From contig CAZPHU010000003.1 in assembly GCA_964586285.1 (NCBI GenBank), positions 5,049 to 69,048 on the forward strand: DNA of 64,000 nucleotides. The letters run 5' to 3'. Source of the stretch: an uncultured Fibrobacterota bacterium (GTDB taxonomy: Bacteria; Fibrobacterota; Chitinivibrionia; Chitinivibrionales; CAYFVL01). Each line of letters opens with the position of its first letter. Position 1 is the stretch's first letter. Below, one piece after another: positions 40,601-50,221 of this stretch. The notes below the pieces were generated by a model. The model did no database searches, was not told the DNA's origin, and saw only the letters and a program-made list of their open reading frames with translations. The position numbers were made by a program, and so were the translations under genes.

Positions 40601-41389
40601 TCGGTTTCTTTACGGATATTCTGGTCTCAAGCTCATGCCGGTGCAGCACATGCGGCGGCCGTGAAACTGCTGCTGGAAAACAGCCTGGCGGAAGAATTAG
40701 CCTGGGCGGAAGCGGAATTGCAGCTGCCGCCCGAAACTCTCCGTGACGCAAAGAGCGTTGCGGACAGTCAATCGATATCCGAAACGCTCTTGCGACTTCT
40801 CCGTGAATATGTTCTCACCATTCCCGACCCACTTCCCACAACTCGTGAGGATTTCGCAGCCTGTGTACGCGAAGGTGCTGCAAGATTGGGACAGGCGCCG
40901 CGGGAAGTTACGCAGCTGCTCCAAAGGTATATTGACGGATACACCCGCTGCCGCAAGTTGATAAACTCATTATCCGCCAGACACAACGGGTCATTCTACC
41001 ACGGTATTGCTGAAGATCTCAAACAGGAGCTTGCCGAATATCACACCCGTATGTTTATAGACTCCCTGCCCTACAAGGTGCTTGCGCACCTTCCGGACAA
41101 TTTGGACTGCCTTCACAGGCGAATAGAGGTTGCCTTCCTCAGAGCAGGATCATACCGCGAAAAAATGCGCCCGGTGACCAGACTCAGGGCAAATCTCAGG
41201 GAGATTTGCCGTGATTCTTCGATGATGACTGATCCTTTACTTGTCACTCTCCACAGGCAAATAGAGCAATTTACCAAACAGCAGTTTGCCTCTCAATGTA
41301 AGAAGAAAGAGCAACTGGTAAGTGCCGATGAAATAATGGCACGAATGCTATCAGTGGCGAACTATTACGAGGTTAGAACAACCAAATAG
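37619..41389 (+). CDS. hrpA: ATP-dependent RNA helicase HrpA (DEAH-box)
   Basis: AGETGSGKTTQLP, IIDEAHERS, SATID, TNIAETSLT and QRAGRCGR, plus long HA2/OB and C-terminal domains. The start may be 37526 or 37619. Confidence 0.9.
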   Translation: MSDMNTTSHIAVNRPFSYDINLPIHEKRREIVSSIRENPVTIVAGETGSGKTTQLPLMCLEAGRGREGRIACTQPRRIAAVSLAHHVAEAFGTEVGTDVGYRVRFTDSVAASTRIKFVTDGMLLAELGGDKHLNEYDTVIIDEAHERSVNIDFLLGCFRALLSKRSNLRLIISSATIDTKLFSRAFNHAPVFHASGRMFPIEIRYQPIIELWQGNRLDGYLEGALLAIRDIMEKDDSGDMLVFLPTTDDINELAARVRPLAAEKGRDVFPLHSRLPISEQNRIFEISDRQKIVISTNIAETSLTVPNVKYVIDTGLARVSRYDPSGGITRMPIQAISRASAEQRAGRCGRVRNGVCIRLYSEQDYNNRPSFSIPEIRRSNLSGVLLQMAYLGLGKASSFPFLQRPNLKAVNEGIRALRQLGAFTSKAQLTNLGRKMARMPLDPPVARMLLYAKKFGVVEQVITIASALSIDDPRIRSDTAAGSNSSCSHPDSDFMSFLKLWEAYRKNCRTHNPTALKSFCTRFNLSPQRMREWQYTHKQISRICKTLLSCGKQNPQERNQKALYEAIHKSLLSGLIGNCALRQENGLYRGLQEHDIMIHPSSTLFRKKPRWILFHQMLETKRIYGRTAAVIKPQWIEAVFARRCVHHYQDPWFDEESGTVRAHEEVTFGSFILVHNRSIDLKEKDMLMAREIFIREALVNEKLGDRFRFITHNRTVIDEVLKAQRKLRIDSLYAGDLALEQFYSDRLPREVYSRKDLLRCIRQRHDDSFLFLSQADIVTHPIPPELSLYPDRIKIASVHLPVEYLYDKGSIEDGAQIRVPWSLYKSVPSWYWEWLLPVYKKKRISHFMSIIADDLTRKGIDIPIAQKQLEDALYSADGPFTDSLRRAAGQILGIDLHTKDLPAVLFPPDMWPRITVIDNTNNVLDSYRPPFQRPQLPTHECAKRDILWEPHCRQWERADIDTWDFDSIVDKVAVSSPSQNQAISGIPSLCIEAGSVSLRIFWSQAHAGAAHAAAVKLLLENSLAEELAWAEAELQLPPETLRDAKSVADSQSISETLLRLLREYVLTIPDPLPTTREDFAACVREGAARLGQAPREVTQLLQRYIDGYTRCRKLINSLSARHNGSFYHGIAEDLKQELAEYHTRMFIDSLPYKVLAHLPDNLDCLHRRIEVAFLRAGSYREKMRPVTRLRANLREICRDSSMMTDPLLVTLHRQIEQFTKQQFASQCKKKEQLVSADEIMARMLSVANYYEVRTTK

Positions 41390-41568
41390 TATTGTCGTTT
41401 TGCGCTGTTTGGCTTTCACAGCCCTTTTTGCGAATATCCGTACTCGGATACTCCAGCCATGCCACAAAACCGGTGCGCTTGAGAGTCCGCATACAAAGAT
41501 ACTGAATGCCTGCGGTATGCAATTTGCTTACTTTGTTCGATACATTCAAACAGGTAAGCTTTGCAGAT

Positions 41569-42360
41569 ATGAAAAAGACAGTTAAACAGCTATCCGTCTT
41601 ATGGGCATTTGCAATAGCGGTTAACCCCGTTTATGCCAAAGATACACTGGAGATTGTACCCCTAATAGATATCCCGCTTACTCTGTCCACCGGAGCGGTT
41701 GGTGCGACGATTGCACTGATTCGTCCCGAGCGGTTTGTTCCGGTAGACTTCAAAGGGAACCGGCAACTTATTAACCCGATCGACAAACCGTTTGCGGGCA
41801 TTTATCGTCCCCGGGCGGCGTCAGTTTCTGACCTCACGGTTGTCGCAACGATTCTGGCTTCACCCATTATTCTTGCCTTTAGCCATAATAAACCAAATGA
41901 ATATCTGGATGAGCTGTTGCTGGTAACCGAATCCATATCGTTGAGCAATTTTGTGCTTCAAATAACCAAAACCGCGGTCAGCCGCCCCCGTCCTCTTATG
42001 TATGCCGAGGGGTTGAGCGCAAAGGAGCGTGCGCGCGCGGACAACTTCCTGTCCTTTTTCTCCGGGCATGCCTCTACGGCCTTTACTTTTGCAACAACCA
42101 CAACCATGCTGACAGCCTGCAGTGATGTGCAGAAAAGCCTTAAAATATCCACTGCGACCCTCACACTAAGCCTGGCAACAGCTACAGCTTTGTTAAGAGT
42201 GGCCGCAGGCAAACATTTCCCAACCGATATCTTTTCGGGAGCGCTCATCGGAGCCGCCGCCTCGATTATTGTCATCGAAACGCACAGGAAGAAGGAGCCG
42301 GAGCAAAGCCCGCAAACGGAAAATGCGGTAACTGTTTTTACCTTGTCTTTACCTCTATAG
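41569..42360 (+). CDS. PAP2-family phosphatase
   Basis: Signal peptide and PAP2 motifs SRPRP, FFSGHAS and RVAAGKHFPTD. Confidence 0.8.
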   Translation: MKKTVKQLSVLWAFAIAVNPVYAKDTLEIVPLIDIPLTLSTGAVGATIALIRPERFVPVDFKGNRQLINPIDKPFAGIYRPRAASVSDLTVVATILASPIILAFSHNKPNEYLDELLLVTESISLSNFVLQITKTAVSRPRPLMYAEGLSAKERARADNFLSFFSGHASTAFTFATTTTMLTACSDVQKSLKISTATLTLSLATATALLRVAAGKHFPTDIFSGALIGAAASIIVIETHRKKEPEQSPQTENAVTVFTLSLPL

Positions 42361-42523
42361 GCTGCAGCCTGGATCCGTCAAAAGCCGAAGAATCAATGAT
42401 TAGAGATCGAGAAATCAGGAAAACCTCTTAGACAGAAGCAGCTTTGGTCAAACATAGTTTCAAAAACAATACCGGTGGATTCACTTTCACCATTGAGTAT
42501 AGAGGTCGGTACCGCTGTTGAAA

Positions 42524-43666
42524 TCAATTACCAGCCGTTGCAAGCGCAACCACTCTCTCTTCGTTTACAGTGGTAGGAATACCTTGCTCATGCCAATGCT
42601 TTTTACATCCTGAGTAATTTAGGGGCACACATTGGGAGGGTATTTGGAGTTCGCGCATCTCGTATCCGCCGACTACGATATTTAAAAGACAGGCAACCGC
42701 CACGATTCCGTGTTCACGGTTATTCTCCCATCGCTTCAGCCATCTGGTAAAACTTGAGGTGTGAGGTACGATAAAAACCTCGAATCCACTTTCGATACCT
42801 TTCAGACGCATCCGATTTATGTTGCAATGTTTCATGCAACCTGAGCAGCAAATATCCATTCCGGTCTGCACCGCTCGGCATAAATCCTCGGGTTGGGCCC
42901 GCATACATGCGGGAAGCAGCACGGTTCGGCGTGTTGTTTTCCTGAACTCATCGGCAAACCCCCGGTTCATTATTTCCGCTCCCACCATGTTAAGCAGGTA
43001 CTCGGCTTCCTTTTTACCGCAGAAGATTTCATCCTCCCGTCCACGATAGGTTGGATGAATCTCGGATAGAAACGGTTTTACTCCCTCAACATACTCGCCC
43101 AATACTTCGAAGGCTTCCCGTGAAAACCATTCGAAAAGCCCGGAGGCGGATTCGACCGATTCCTGCAACTGAGTCGTAGGTCTTTCGCCGAAATATAACT
43201 CCCAGTTTTTCAATCGCTTGACCTCATGCTCGAACTCTCCGGTAGAATCAAGCCACCCTAAGAGGCGGCTGAATGTGGCTGGGTTTGGTTGAATATGCCT
43301 GTGAGGCTTATCTATCGAAGGCACAATGAATCTACCGGTCAGTTTACCGCGAATCGGGTCGATCACCTTTTTCATTCGTGTATGCTTCTTCCTGATGCGG
43401 TATAAAAGACGTAAAAAAGTCACTAAAAATCCGGGGCTTTTACTCGAAGCGCCGCTATATCGGCTCCATACCATTCCAAGGGTGAGGAATTCGACACAGT
43501 ACTCTTCATGGCTCCGTCTCGGCTCAAATGCTCTTTCATTCAAAAACCGCGCATAATCCCGAATGTATTGACCATAGCCATCATTGATCTTATCAAGCAA
43601 ACTCGATGAAAATGTTGCCAAAGCCCCGTAAAAACAACCACTTGCATTCAGATCGTATATTTTCAT
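42524..43666 (-). CDS. Cys-rich DUF116-like protein with a long N-terminal extension
   Basis: The C-terminal half (LLPACMRAQPEDLCRAV...CCSGCMKHCNI...IVAVACLLNIVVGG...GCKKHW) matches my recollection of the DUF116 pattern. The N-terminal 200 aa or so are unassigned. Confidence 0.5.
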   Translation of the reverse strand: MKIYDLNASGCFYGALATFSSSLLDKINDGYGQYIRDYARFLNERAFEPRRSHEEYCVEFLTLGMVWSRYSGASSKSPGFLVTFLRLLYRIRKKHTRMKKVIDPIRGKLTGRFIVPSIDKPHRHIQPNPATFSRLLGWLDSTGEFEHEVKRLKNWELYFGERPTTQLQESVESASGLFEWFSREAFEVLGEYVEGVKPFLSEIHPTYRGREDEIFCGKKEAEYLLNMVGAEIMNRGFADEFRKTTRRTVLLPACMRAQPEDLCRAVQTGMDICCSGCMKHCNINRMRLKGIESGFEVFIVPHTSSFTRWLKRWENNREHGIVAVACLLNIVVGGYEMRELQIPSQCVPLNYSGCKKHWHEQGIPTTVNEERVVALATAGN

Positions 43667-43878
43667 TTCCTCACTTTACCTTTCCAGGTAACGAATACAA
43701 CATGCTTCTCCTTCACATTGTCTCACCCAGGTTGATCAATCTGATTGTTAGGTTTATAAGATACCCTATTTGAAAAGCAATTACAACGGGGTAACCGTGC
43801 TTTGTTTGAGAACAATTTCCACCAGCTCCGAACTGGACCTTTGACTTCAAAGGAACCCCACAGACACCACGGGCTTTC

Positions 43879-44178
43879 TTATTTACCGATTCCCAGATAT
43901 GCCCTGAGCGCCATATTAACCTGGTCCTGAAAGCTTTCGTTACTCTGTACCTTGTAATTACGCATCGCATACCAGACATCCGGATCAAAACCGATGCGTG
44001 TGTAATGACGCCCCGCGGGTATGTTTTTTGGCGGCCGTCCACGTATCGGCTTGTCCCCGGCAGGTCTGTCCCGCCTGGCCTTTCGCGTCCCGATACCCTT
44101 TTGCGCATGCTCTCCGATACGAACATACTGCACGCGCTCGCCCAGATCACGTTCAACTTTTTCAAAATCGATATTCAT
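43879..44178 (-). CDS. ParG-like ribbon-helix-helix DNA-binding protein with a basic disordered N-terminus
   Basis: Arg/Lys/Pro/Gly-rich N-terminal half, and a C-terminal YTRIGFDPDVWYAMRNYKV...FQDQVNMALRAYL fitting beta-alpha-alpha. The start overlaps the ParA stop (ATGA at 44175-44178). Confidence 0.6.
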   Translation of the reverse strand: MNIDFEKVERDLGERVQYVRIGEHAQKGIGTRKARRDRPAGDKPIRGRPPKNIPAGRHYTRIGFDPDVWYAMRNYKVQSNESFQDQVNMALRAYLGIGK

Positions 44179-45014
44179 GCCTTTTTCCTCTCCCAGTAAC
44201 GTCTGCGAGCCAGCTCGGCCTTATATAGCTTCTGTTTATGATGAAGCTGCTCCTCTACCTTTTCTATACTTTCCATTCCTTCATAAATTTCACATATCAC
44301 CTTAATTACATAAGGCATCACTTTGGCCTTAAGACGCGAAAAGAACATTACTTTACGCAATGCGTCCATCTCATCAAATACATCATCGAAAGGTATAGCG
44401 GTTGTGACCGCACCCGGAAATCGCTTGCGCAACATACGCAGATACCCCTCATCCTTCTTGCGCCTTCTCAAACCATTAGGTATTATTCGTATGCTTTTGA
44501 GCGACATCCCCATAGTTCTATCAAGCCAAACACACAACTCAAAAAGCCCCTCACTTGATTTGGTGCTCAGTTCGCTGGGAACCACTACCATATCGGATGC
44601 CGCTACGGTTGATGCCTGAAGCAGTTCGCTTCCGGGGGCGTTATCGAAAATAACGGCATCAAAGACCTTCGAAATAGAGGCCTTCTCCAGCACATCTTTC
44701 CATATGTTTACATGCGGCACATCAAAATATGATAACTGGGCCGAGGACGGAATGAAATACAGCCCGTCAATCGACGTTTGCTGAACGGTTCGATTAAGTA
44801 ATGCGTTGATTCCGTTAATATCTGCCAGTTGATAGATATCGCGCACAGATTTGGTCTGCAGCGACTTTGCCAATGAGTTACTCAGGTTGTGCTGTTTGTC
44901 GTTATCTACAAGAAGCACCTTTTTGCCGGTAAGCGCAATCCCCTGCCCCAGCCAGGTAGCGATCGTGGTTTTCCCGACCCCTCCCTTGTTGTTCAAAATT
45001 GATAGCACCTTCAT
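44175..45014 (-). CDS. ParA/MinD-family P-loop ATPase
   Basis: Deviant Walker A NNKGGVGKTT and VLLVDNDKQHNLS, with a C-terminal helical extension of about 40 aa. Confidence 0.85.
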   Translation of the reverse strand: MKVLSILNNKGGVGKTTIATWLGQGIALTGKKVLLVDNDKQHNLSNSLAKSLQTKSVRDIYQLADINGINALLNRTVQQTSIDGLYFIPSSAQLSYFDVPHVNIWKDVLEKASISKVFDAVIFDNAPGSELLQASTVAASDMVVVPSELSTKSSEGLFELCVWLDRTMGMSLKSIRIIPNGLRRRKKDEGYLRMLRKRFPGAVTTAIPFDDVFDEMDALRKVMFFSRLKAKVMPYVIKVICEIYEGMESIEKVEEQLHHKQKLYKAELARRRYWERKKA

Positions 45015-45320
45015 ATTTTTGTTACTTTTTTCTCCCCGCTTATTATTGCATAGCTGCTAATATACAGCTTAATTGGTCATTAAAATACATTATTTTGTAC
45101 AAATAAACAATAACGGCTCGAAGAAGAAACAGGAAATGCCCTTTCACTATTCAGGGAAAACTGAATTTAGACGTTTTTGCGCAAGTATTTTTCCGAAGTT
45201 TCTCTCCCAACCGTGACCGGGAGATGCCCAAAAGCTAAGTTTTGCATGGTGAAATATGTCTAATTATCGGAGCCGGCCGGGAGGCTGCTGCAAAAGTATG
45301 ATGCGCTCTGTGTCTCGGTC

Positions 45321-47741
45321 TCAAACCATGTATCTGGGACCTGTAAGATACTTTTTCATTACATTTTTAAGCTGTTCAAAAGATACCGGCTTCGAAAGAT
45401 AGTCATCCATACCCGCCTCTAAGCACATTTGCCTGTCTCCTTTCATGGCATGAGCAGTAAGAGCGATTATGGGAATATGCACCGAAACCTTTTCTCTGAT
45501 TTTTTTGCATGCCCCGATTCCGTCTAAAACCGGCATCTGGATGTCCATCAGAGCCAGATCGACATTTCCTTTGACACACATCCCAACCGCTTTCTCTCCA
45601 TCCTCGGCCTCCACATGGTATAATCCCATCCTATCCAGCATCGCAGCCAGTATTTTGCGATTGATGATATTATCTTCGGCAATCAAAATCATTCTACCCT
45701 TAAACACACTTGAACTCCCGTTGTTGTCCCGTGCAGTGGGAATTTTGGGAACTTCACAATCAGCACATACCTGCAAAGGAATATCAAAATGAAAACGACT
45801 TCCCCGCCCAAACGCACTTTCTACCGTAAGCCTTCCTCCAAGCATTTTCGCTATTTGTCTACTGATGGCCAATCCCAATCCCGTACCGCCGTATCGCCGA
45901 GAACTGGTCGCATCTACTTGTGTGAACTTTTCGAAGATTTCATCCAATTTGTCCCCGGGAATACCTATTCCCGAATCTTCTACGGTAAACCGGATGAACT
46001 CTCCCCCGTTTTCTTTCAGTCCAAAGACGCTCAGATTCACTTCTCCGTATTCGGTAAATTTAACTGCGTTACTTAACAAATTTAACAACACCTGACGTAA
46101 ACGAGCAGCATCAGTCTCCAGAACATCCGGAATTTCGGCAGTTATAGTATAATGTAAACAAATACCTTTACGGTGCGCGGCATAGGCGATGGTGTCAACC
46201 GTCTGCTCGATAAGAGGTCGAATCCGTAGCGGACCCTTGACAAGTTCCATTTTCCCCGATTCAATCTTGGACAGGTCAAGAATGTCGTTTATTATCACTA
46301 AAAGTGATTGGGCGGAAGAACGGATGATTTGTATATAGTCTCTTTGTTCATCACTCAGCTCTGTGGTTAAGATTAGCTCGGTCATCCCAAAAATCCCGTT
46401 CATGGGTGTTCTTATTTCATGACTCATATTCGCCAGAAACCGACTCTTTGCTCTACTTGCCTGTTCCGCCTGTTCCTTTGCCGCCAGTAGATGCTGCTCC
46501 TGTTTTTTTATCTCAGAAATATCACGAAAAAACGCTATCGCCGTCCGCCCTTCATAATCGACTATGCGAGTACTGATCTCTATATAAAGAATCTCTCCGC
46601 AGTTTGTAATCAATTGCGTTTCGTACTTGGCGTAGCCCTTCTCCAGAACCTGCAGTGGTTGATCAGTTTGTCCAAGCATTTCAGGATCGAATTCTTTTAT
46701 GTTCATTCGGCATAACTTTTCATAATCGTAGCCGGTCAGCTCGCACATACGTTTATTTACCTGAAGGATATTTCCCTCAACCGTATGGATAACGACCGCG
46801 TCGTTGGATTCTTCGAACAAACGTCTGTACTCAAGATTTCTTTTATGCCCGAGTGCTATCTGCTTCTTGAGCTTCAAGCGCAGGGTGCGTGACCAAGTGA
46901 GCGCAAATGCAACAGACAGAAGAATTGTAACCATTACCGCCGCCGAGGTTGCTGTCAAATCAACATCATCTAAACTATCATCCAGCGAATCCACCCATTT
47001 GTGATGCAGATCATTGACCTGATTAGAACGGTAAACCGAGAGTATTCCACGATTAAACATCGAAAGAAGCTGCGGTCTGTGCTTTTCCACGGCTATACAG
47101 TAGCCGGCGTCGATTACAACGGGCCCAACAAAAAGCCTCTCATTGAGATTCAGATTATTTATCCAGTATCGGGCGGGTACGGAAGCAAATATTCCATACT
47201 CCGCTTTTCCGTCAGCCAAATACCCGACGGCTTCCTTATATGTGTCCGCTAAGAGAAGATTTTGGGATACACGCCTTTTTATTACCCAGTCGTGTGCGAT
47301 ATCCCTGTTCATAATTACGAGCCTTTTACCTCTGAGGCTGTCGGCATGAACCGGAACGGCTCGTTTTGTGGAAAATATGGAATATGTCACCTGTGAGTAG
47401 GGCATCGAAAAATCTACTCTTTTCCGGCGTTCATACGATTCGATCATCCCCACAATCGCATCTATTCGTCCCTGCTCCAGCTTCTCTCTGATATTTGCCC
47501 AGGAGCCAATCTCTATGCGTATGTCGATGTCGTTTAGTTTTGCCAACGCTTTGGCAAGCGCTACATTCAACCCTGTAGGATTCCCATTCTCATCAACATA
47601 TGAATATGGGGGATAGTTGCTTTCGGTCCCCACCACAATCGTATCATCAAAGGAGACAGCCTCAATCTTGAGCTGAAAAAGGAAAAGACTGGCGATACAA
47701 ACGAAGCTGAGGCAGAATAGACGCATTGACCGGTACTCCAA
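45321..47741 (-). CDS. Hybrid sensor histidine kinase with a periplasmic solute-binding (SBP_bac_3-like) domain
   Basis: Signal/TM segment, an SBP type 3-like domain (VGTESNYPPYSYVDENG), TM, PAS, HisKA (SHEIRTPMNGI), HATPase_c ([10 protein letters not shown]) and REC (ILIAEDNIINR...LMDIQMPVLDG). Confidence 0.88.
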   Translation of the reverse strand: MEYRSMRLFCLSFVCIASLFLFQLKIEAVSFDDTIVVGTESNYPPYSYVDENGNPTGLNVALAKALAKLNDIDIRIEIGSWANIREKLEQGRIDAIVGMIESYERRKRVDFSMPYSQVTYSIFSTKRAVPVHADSLRGKRLVIMNRDIAHDWVIKRRVSQNLLLADTYKEAVGYLADGKAEYGIFASVPARYWINNLNLNERLFVGPVVIDAGYCIAVEKHRPQLLSMFNRGILSVYRSNQVNDLHHKWVDSLDDSLDDVDLTATSAAVMVTILLSVAFALTWSRTLRLKLKKQIALGHKRNLEYRRLFEESNDAVVIHTVEGNILQVNKRMCELTGYDYEKLCRMNIKEFDPEMLGQTDQPLQVLEKGYAKYETQLITNCGEILYIEISTRIVDYEGRTAIAFFRDISEIKKQEQHLLAAKEQAEQASRAKSRFLANMSHEIRTPMNGIFGMTELILTTELSDEQRDYIQIIRSSAQSLLVIINDILDLSKIESGKMELVKGPLRIRPLIEQTVDTIAYAAHRKGICLHYTITAEIPDVLETDAARLRQVLLNLLSNAVKFTEYGEVNLSVFGLKENGGEFIRFTVEDSGIGIPGDKLDEIFEKFTQVDATSSRRYGGTGLGLAISRQIAKMLGGRLTVESAFGRGSRFHFDIPLQVCADCEVPKIPTARDNNGSSSVFKGRMILIAEDNIINRKILAAMLDRMGLYHVEAEDGEKAVGMCVKGNVDLALMDIQMPVLDGIGACKKIREKVSVHIPIIALTAHAMKGDRQMCLEAGMDDYLSKPVSFEQLKNVMKKYLTGPRYMV

Positions 47742-47883
47742 AAGGTGTTATCGTGCTGGTAATACAACAACTTACATAATGGTGGTGGGCATATGTCGGT
47801 TAACGATAATGGTATCATATCATAAAGGCGGCTATCTTGAAAGAAGGATTTAAAAAAATTCCTTAGGCACGGTGCAACAATTG

Positions 47884-47922
47884 AAAAAAGCCGCTTGTTC
47901 CTGAAAACAAGCGACTCTTTTT
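47884..47922. terminator. Bidirectional rho-independent terminator
   Basis: Stem CGCTTGTT / AACAAGCG flanked by AAAAAA on one side and CTCTTTTT on the other. It lies just downstream of the DUF2267 gene on the minus strand. Confidence 0.7.
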
Positions 47923-47957
47923 CAATATTTCTCCCCTATCTTACAGGGAAACATCCG

Positions 47958-48383
47958 CTACTCCCAGAGTTCACGCATCTCCTGCGGAAGCATTCCTTCG
48001 ACATCCTCGATTTCCCCCTCTGTAACACGGCTGCGTATTACCTGAAATACCGCGCGCGTCAGCTCTTCGGCATCGATATCCTGGTAGCCTTTGAAATCTT
48101 GATGAACTCTTTGAAGGAACTGATCCTTTGAGCGAATCTTTGACGGCGAACGTGACGGTTTCCATTCGTCATAATAGATCCCTCTGATCACCATGGGAAG
48201 CTGTGCGCCCAAATCGGCGGCCTCTTCCACGGTTAGGCGGTCACGCAGAAGATGCAGTACGGTACGAAGCGCCTGGTAAGCCTGATGGCGACTGTCCCAT
48301 TTAAGCTTTTCCATGATCTCCTTTAGCCAGACATCCGATTTCTGTATAGAGGTATCGAATGTGTCCAATCCTGTCATCGTCAT
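47958..48383 (-). CDS. DUF2267-domain protein
   Basis: WLKEIMEKL...QAYQALRTVLHLLRDRLTVEEAADLGAQLPMVIRGIYYDEW is the characteristic DUF2267 pattern. The ATG at 48383 lies behind GAAAGGAG. Confidence 0.75.
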   Translation of the reverse strand: MTMTGLDTFDTSIQKSDVWLKEIMEKLKWDSRHQAYQALRTVLHLLRDRLTVEEAADLGAQLPMVIRGIYYDEWKPSRSPSKIRSKDQFLQRVHQDFKGYQDIDAEELTRAVFQVIRSRVTEGEIEDVEGMLPQEMRELWE

Positions 48384-48422
48384 AAGACAACTCCTTTCCA
48401 AGAAGATGAATGGTCCCGACAC

Positions 48423-49763
48423 TCACATCCTGTGTATTGTATCGTAGGTAAGAGTCGGGAATGTATAGACTATATCTTTTAACTCCTCTTCAGTCATATT
48501 CTTACGTATTGCAAGCGTAAAAAAATTAACGACTTCGTCGACATTATACCCAAGAAGATGGGCACCAAGCAGCCGCCCGGATTGCCTTTGGACTATCATC
48601 TTAATTGCCGAATAATTGATGCCGATTCTCTTGCTTATATGGCGATCGGATGTATCTCTGTATATCACCTCCACGGAAGCGTTTTGGCGCCTTGCTTCTT
48701 TTTCGGTGAGTCCCACCGAGGCCAGCTGCGGATGAGAAAAAACAACGCTGGGGATGGCTGTGTAGTTTGGGGCACGAGCCGGCTTATGTAGCAGATTATG
48801 CGCAACCGTGTGGCCGTCCAGCTCCGCAACGGGGGTTAATGCAATGCTGTTTGCATTCGCATCACCTGCAACATAGATATCGGGGCTGGAAATACACTGA
48901 AGGTTTTCGTTGATTATGATTCCTTTACCCTCGACTCTCACGCCTCCGGCCTCCAAGTTAAGGTCGTCATAATCGGGCACCCGCCCCGCACCGTGAATCA
49001 CCATCTGTGCCTCAAACTGCTCATCGTGTTTGCCGGCGGTTATCAGAAAACGATCATCTCTTTTTTCGATCGATGATATCGGCATGTCTGCCACAACCTC
49101 TATGCCTTCTTCCTTATAGGCGCGAAGAAGCATATCCACAAGCTCTTTGTCAAAGGGCATGAGAGGACGGGGCAGCGCCTCGATGATACTTACCGAACGC
49201 CCCGTTGCCCGGATAATATTGGCAAATTCGAAAGAGATGTAACCACCGCCTACAAAAAGAACCGATTGGGGAAGGTTATCTGTCTGTAGAAGCTGCTCGG
49301 TATCGGTAATGTACTGCTCTCCGGGAATACCAAGCGGCCGGGGTTTGGCACCGGAGGCGATGCAGATTTTATTTGCATGAAGTAAATTCCCGGCCGCCAG
49401 GAGGCTGTTTCTCCCTGTAAACTCACAAACTCCGTGAAAGGCATCGATTCCCTTCTCTCGGCACATGTTTTCGGCCCTTGTCACCAGAGGCTCCGTTAAG
49501 GAGCGTGAAAAGCCGACCATATCGTGCCACTGCAGTGACAGCTCTCCCTCTATTCCGCTACCTTTGCGTGCCCTGAACCTGTGAGCTATTTCCGCCGTGG
49601 CGGCCATGGCCTTTTTGGGATTGCATCCGCGAAGCGCGCATGTTCCTCCAAACGGCCTCTTATCCACTATGGCGACTTTCCAGCCCGCCTCACGACACTC
49701 CGAGGCCACCGTGAAACCCGCGTCTCCGGTACCGATTACTACCAGGTCGTATTCCTTTTCCAT
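48423..49763 (-). CDS. Pyridine nucleotide-disulfide oxidoreductase (glutathione/mercuric/dihydrolipoamide reductase family)
   Basis: FAD motif YDLVVIGTGDAG, redox CxxxxC GGTCALRGCNPKK, NAD motif LFVGGGYISFEF, and a C-terminal dimerisation domain with HPTL-like FPTLT. Confidence 0.8.
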   Translation of the reverse strand: MEKEYDLVVIGTGDAGFTVASECREAGWKVAIVDKRPFGGTCALRGCNPKKAMAATAEIAHRFRARKGSGIEGELSLQWHDMVGFSRSLTEPLVTRAENMCREKGIDAFHGVCEFTGRNSLLAAGNLLHANKICIASGAKPRPLGIPGEQYITDTEQLLQTDNLPQSVLFVGGGYISFEFANIIRATGRSVSIIEALPRPLMPFDKELVDMLLRAYKEEGIEVVADMPISSIEKRDDRFLITAGKHDEQFEAQMVIHGAGRVPDYDDLNLEAGGVRVEGKGIIINENLQCISSPDIYVAGDANANSIALTPVAELDGHTVAHNLLHKPARAPNYTAIPSVVFSHPQLASVGLTEKEARRQNASVEVIYRDTSDRHISKRIGINYSAIKMIVQRQSGRLLGAHLLGYNVDEVVNFFTLAIRKNMTEEELKDIVYTFPTLTYDTIHRM

Positions 49764-49792
49764 ACTCCATTTCCTATAACAGGTCAAATGTA

Positions 49793-50221
49793 TCAATCTG
49801 TAACATGGGTATGCTCAAACACCGGCTCGTCGGTGTGCGGCTGCATACTGAATTGACGAATATGAACTATGTCTACGATCATCCGTTTCTTTGCCTGCGG
49901 CGAACCGCCGCTTCCCATTGCATCCGGACCGTAACCGTTAATCACAAGCTCGTCGCTGATATGATTGATCGTGCCGCTTATCTGAACACCGGCGTCACTC
50001 TCGGGGTCCCAGACAGTAACAGCGATAAGTCTTGTTTCTTCCAGATTAGCAAGTGTCTGAGGACAAAACCACTCGCTAATCTCTATTTGTGAATCATTGC
50101 GATAGATCAACGATCCGGCAACCGCCATATGCGGCTCACCGTCCTGATTGGCCGTAGCGATAAATACATATCCCACATCCCGCGCAAGATGTATAATTTT
50201 CTCCATCTGCTTATATTCCAT
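49793..50221 (-). CDS. Pyridoxamine-5'-phosphate-oxidase-like (split-barrel flavin-binding) protein
   Basis: Small beta-rich protein (YVFIATANQDGEPHMAVAG...RLIAVTVWD) consistent with the PNPOx-like fold. The ATG at 50221 is more likely than the ORF-track start. Confidence 0.5.
   Translation of the reverse strand: MEYKQMEKIIHLARDVGYVFIATANQDGEPHMAVAGSLIYRNDSQIEISEWFCPQTLANLEETRLIAVTVWDPESDAGVQISGTINHISDELVINGYGPDAMGSGGSPQAKKRMIVDIVHIRQFSMQPHTDEPVFEHTHVTD

Noticed and set aside
43713-44165. 150-aa ORF overlapping the RHH gene in another frame.
   Set aside because: The 99-aa frame (43879-44178) has a clean ATGA coupling to ParA and an RHH-like C-terminus. The 150-aa frame has no start context or motifs.
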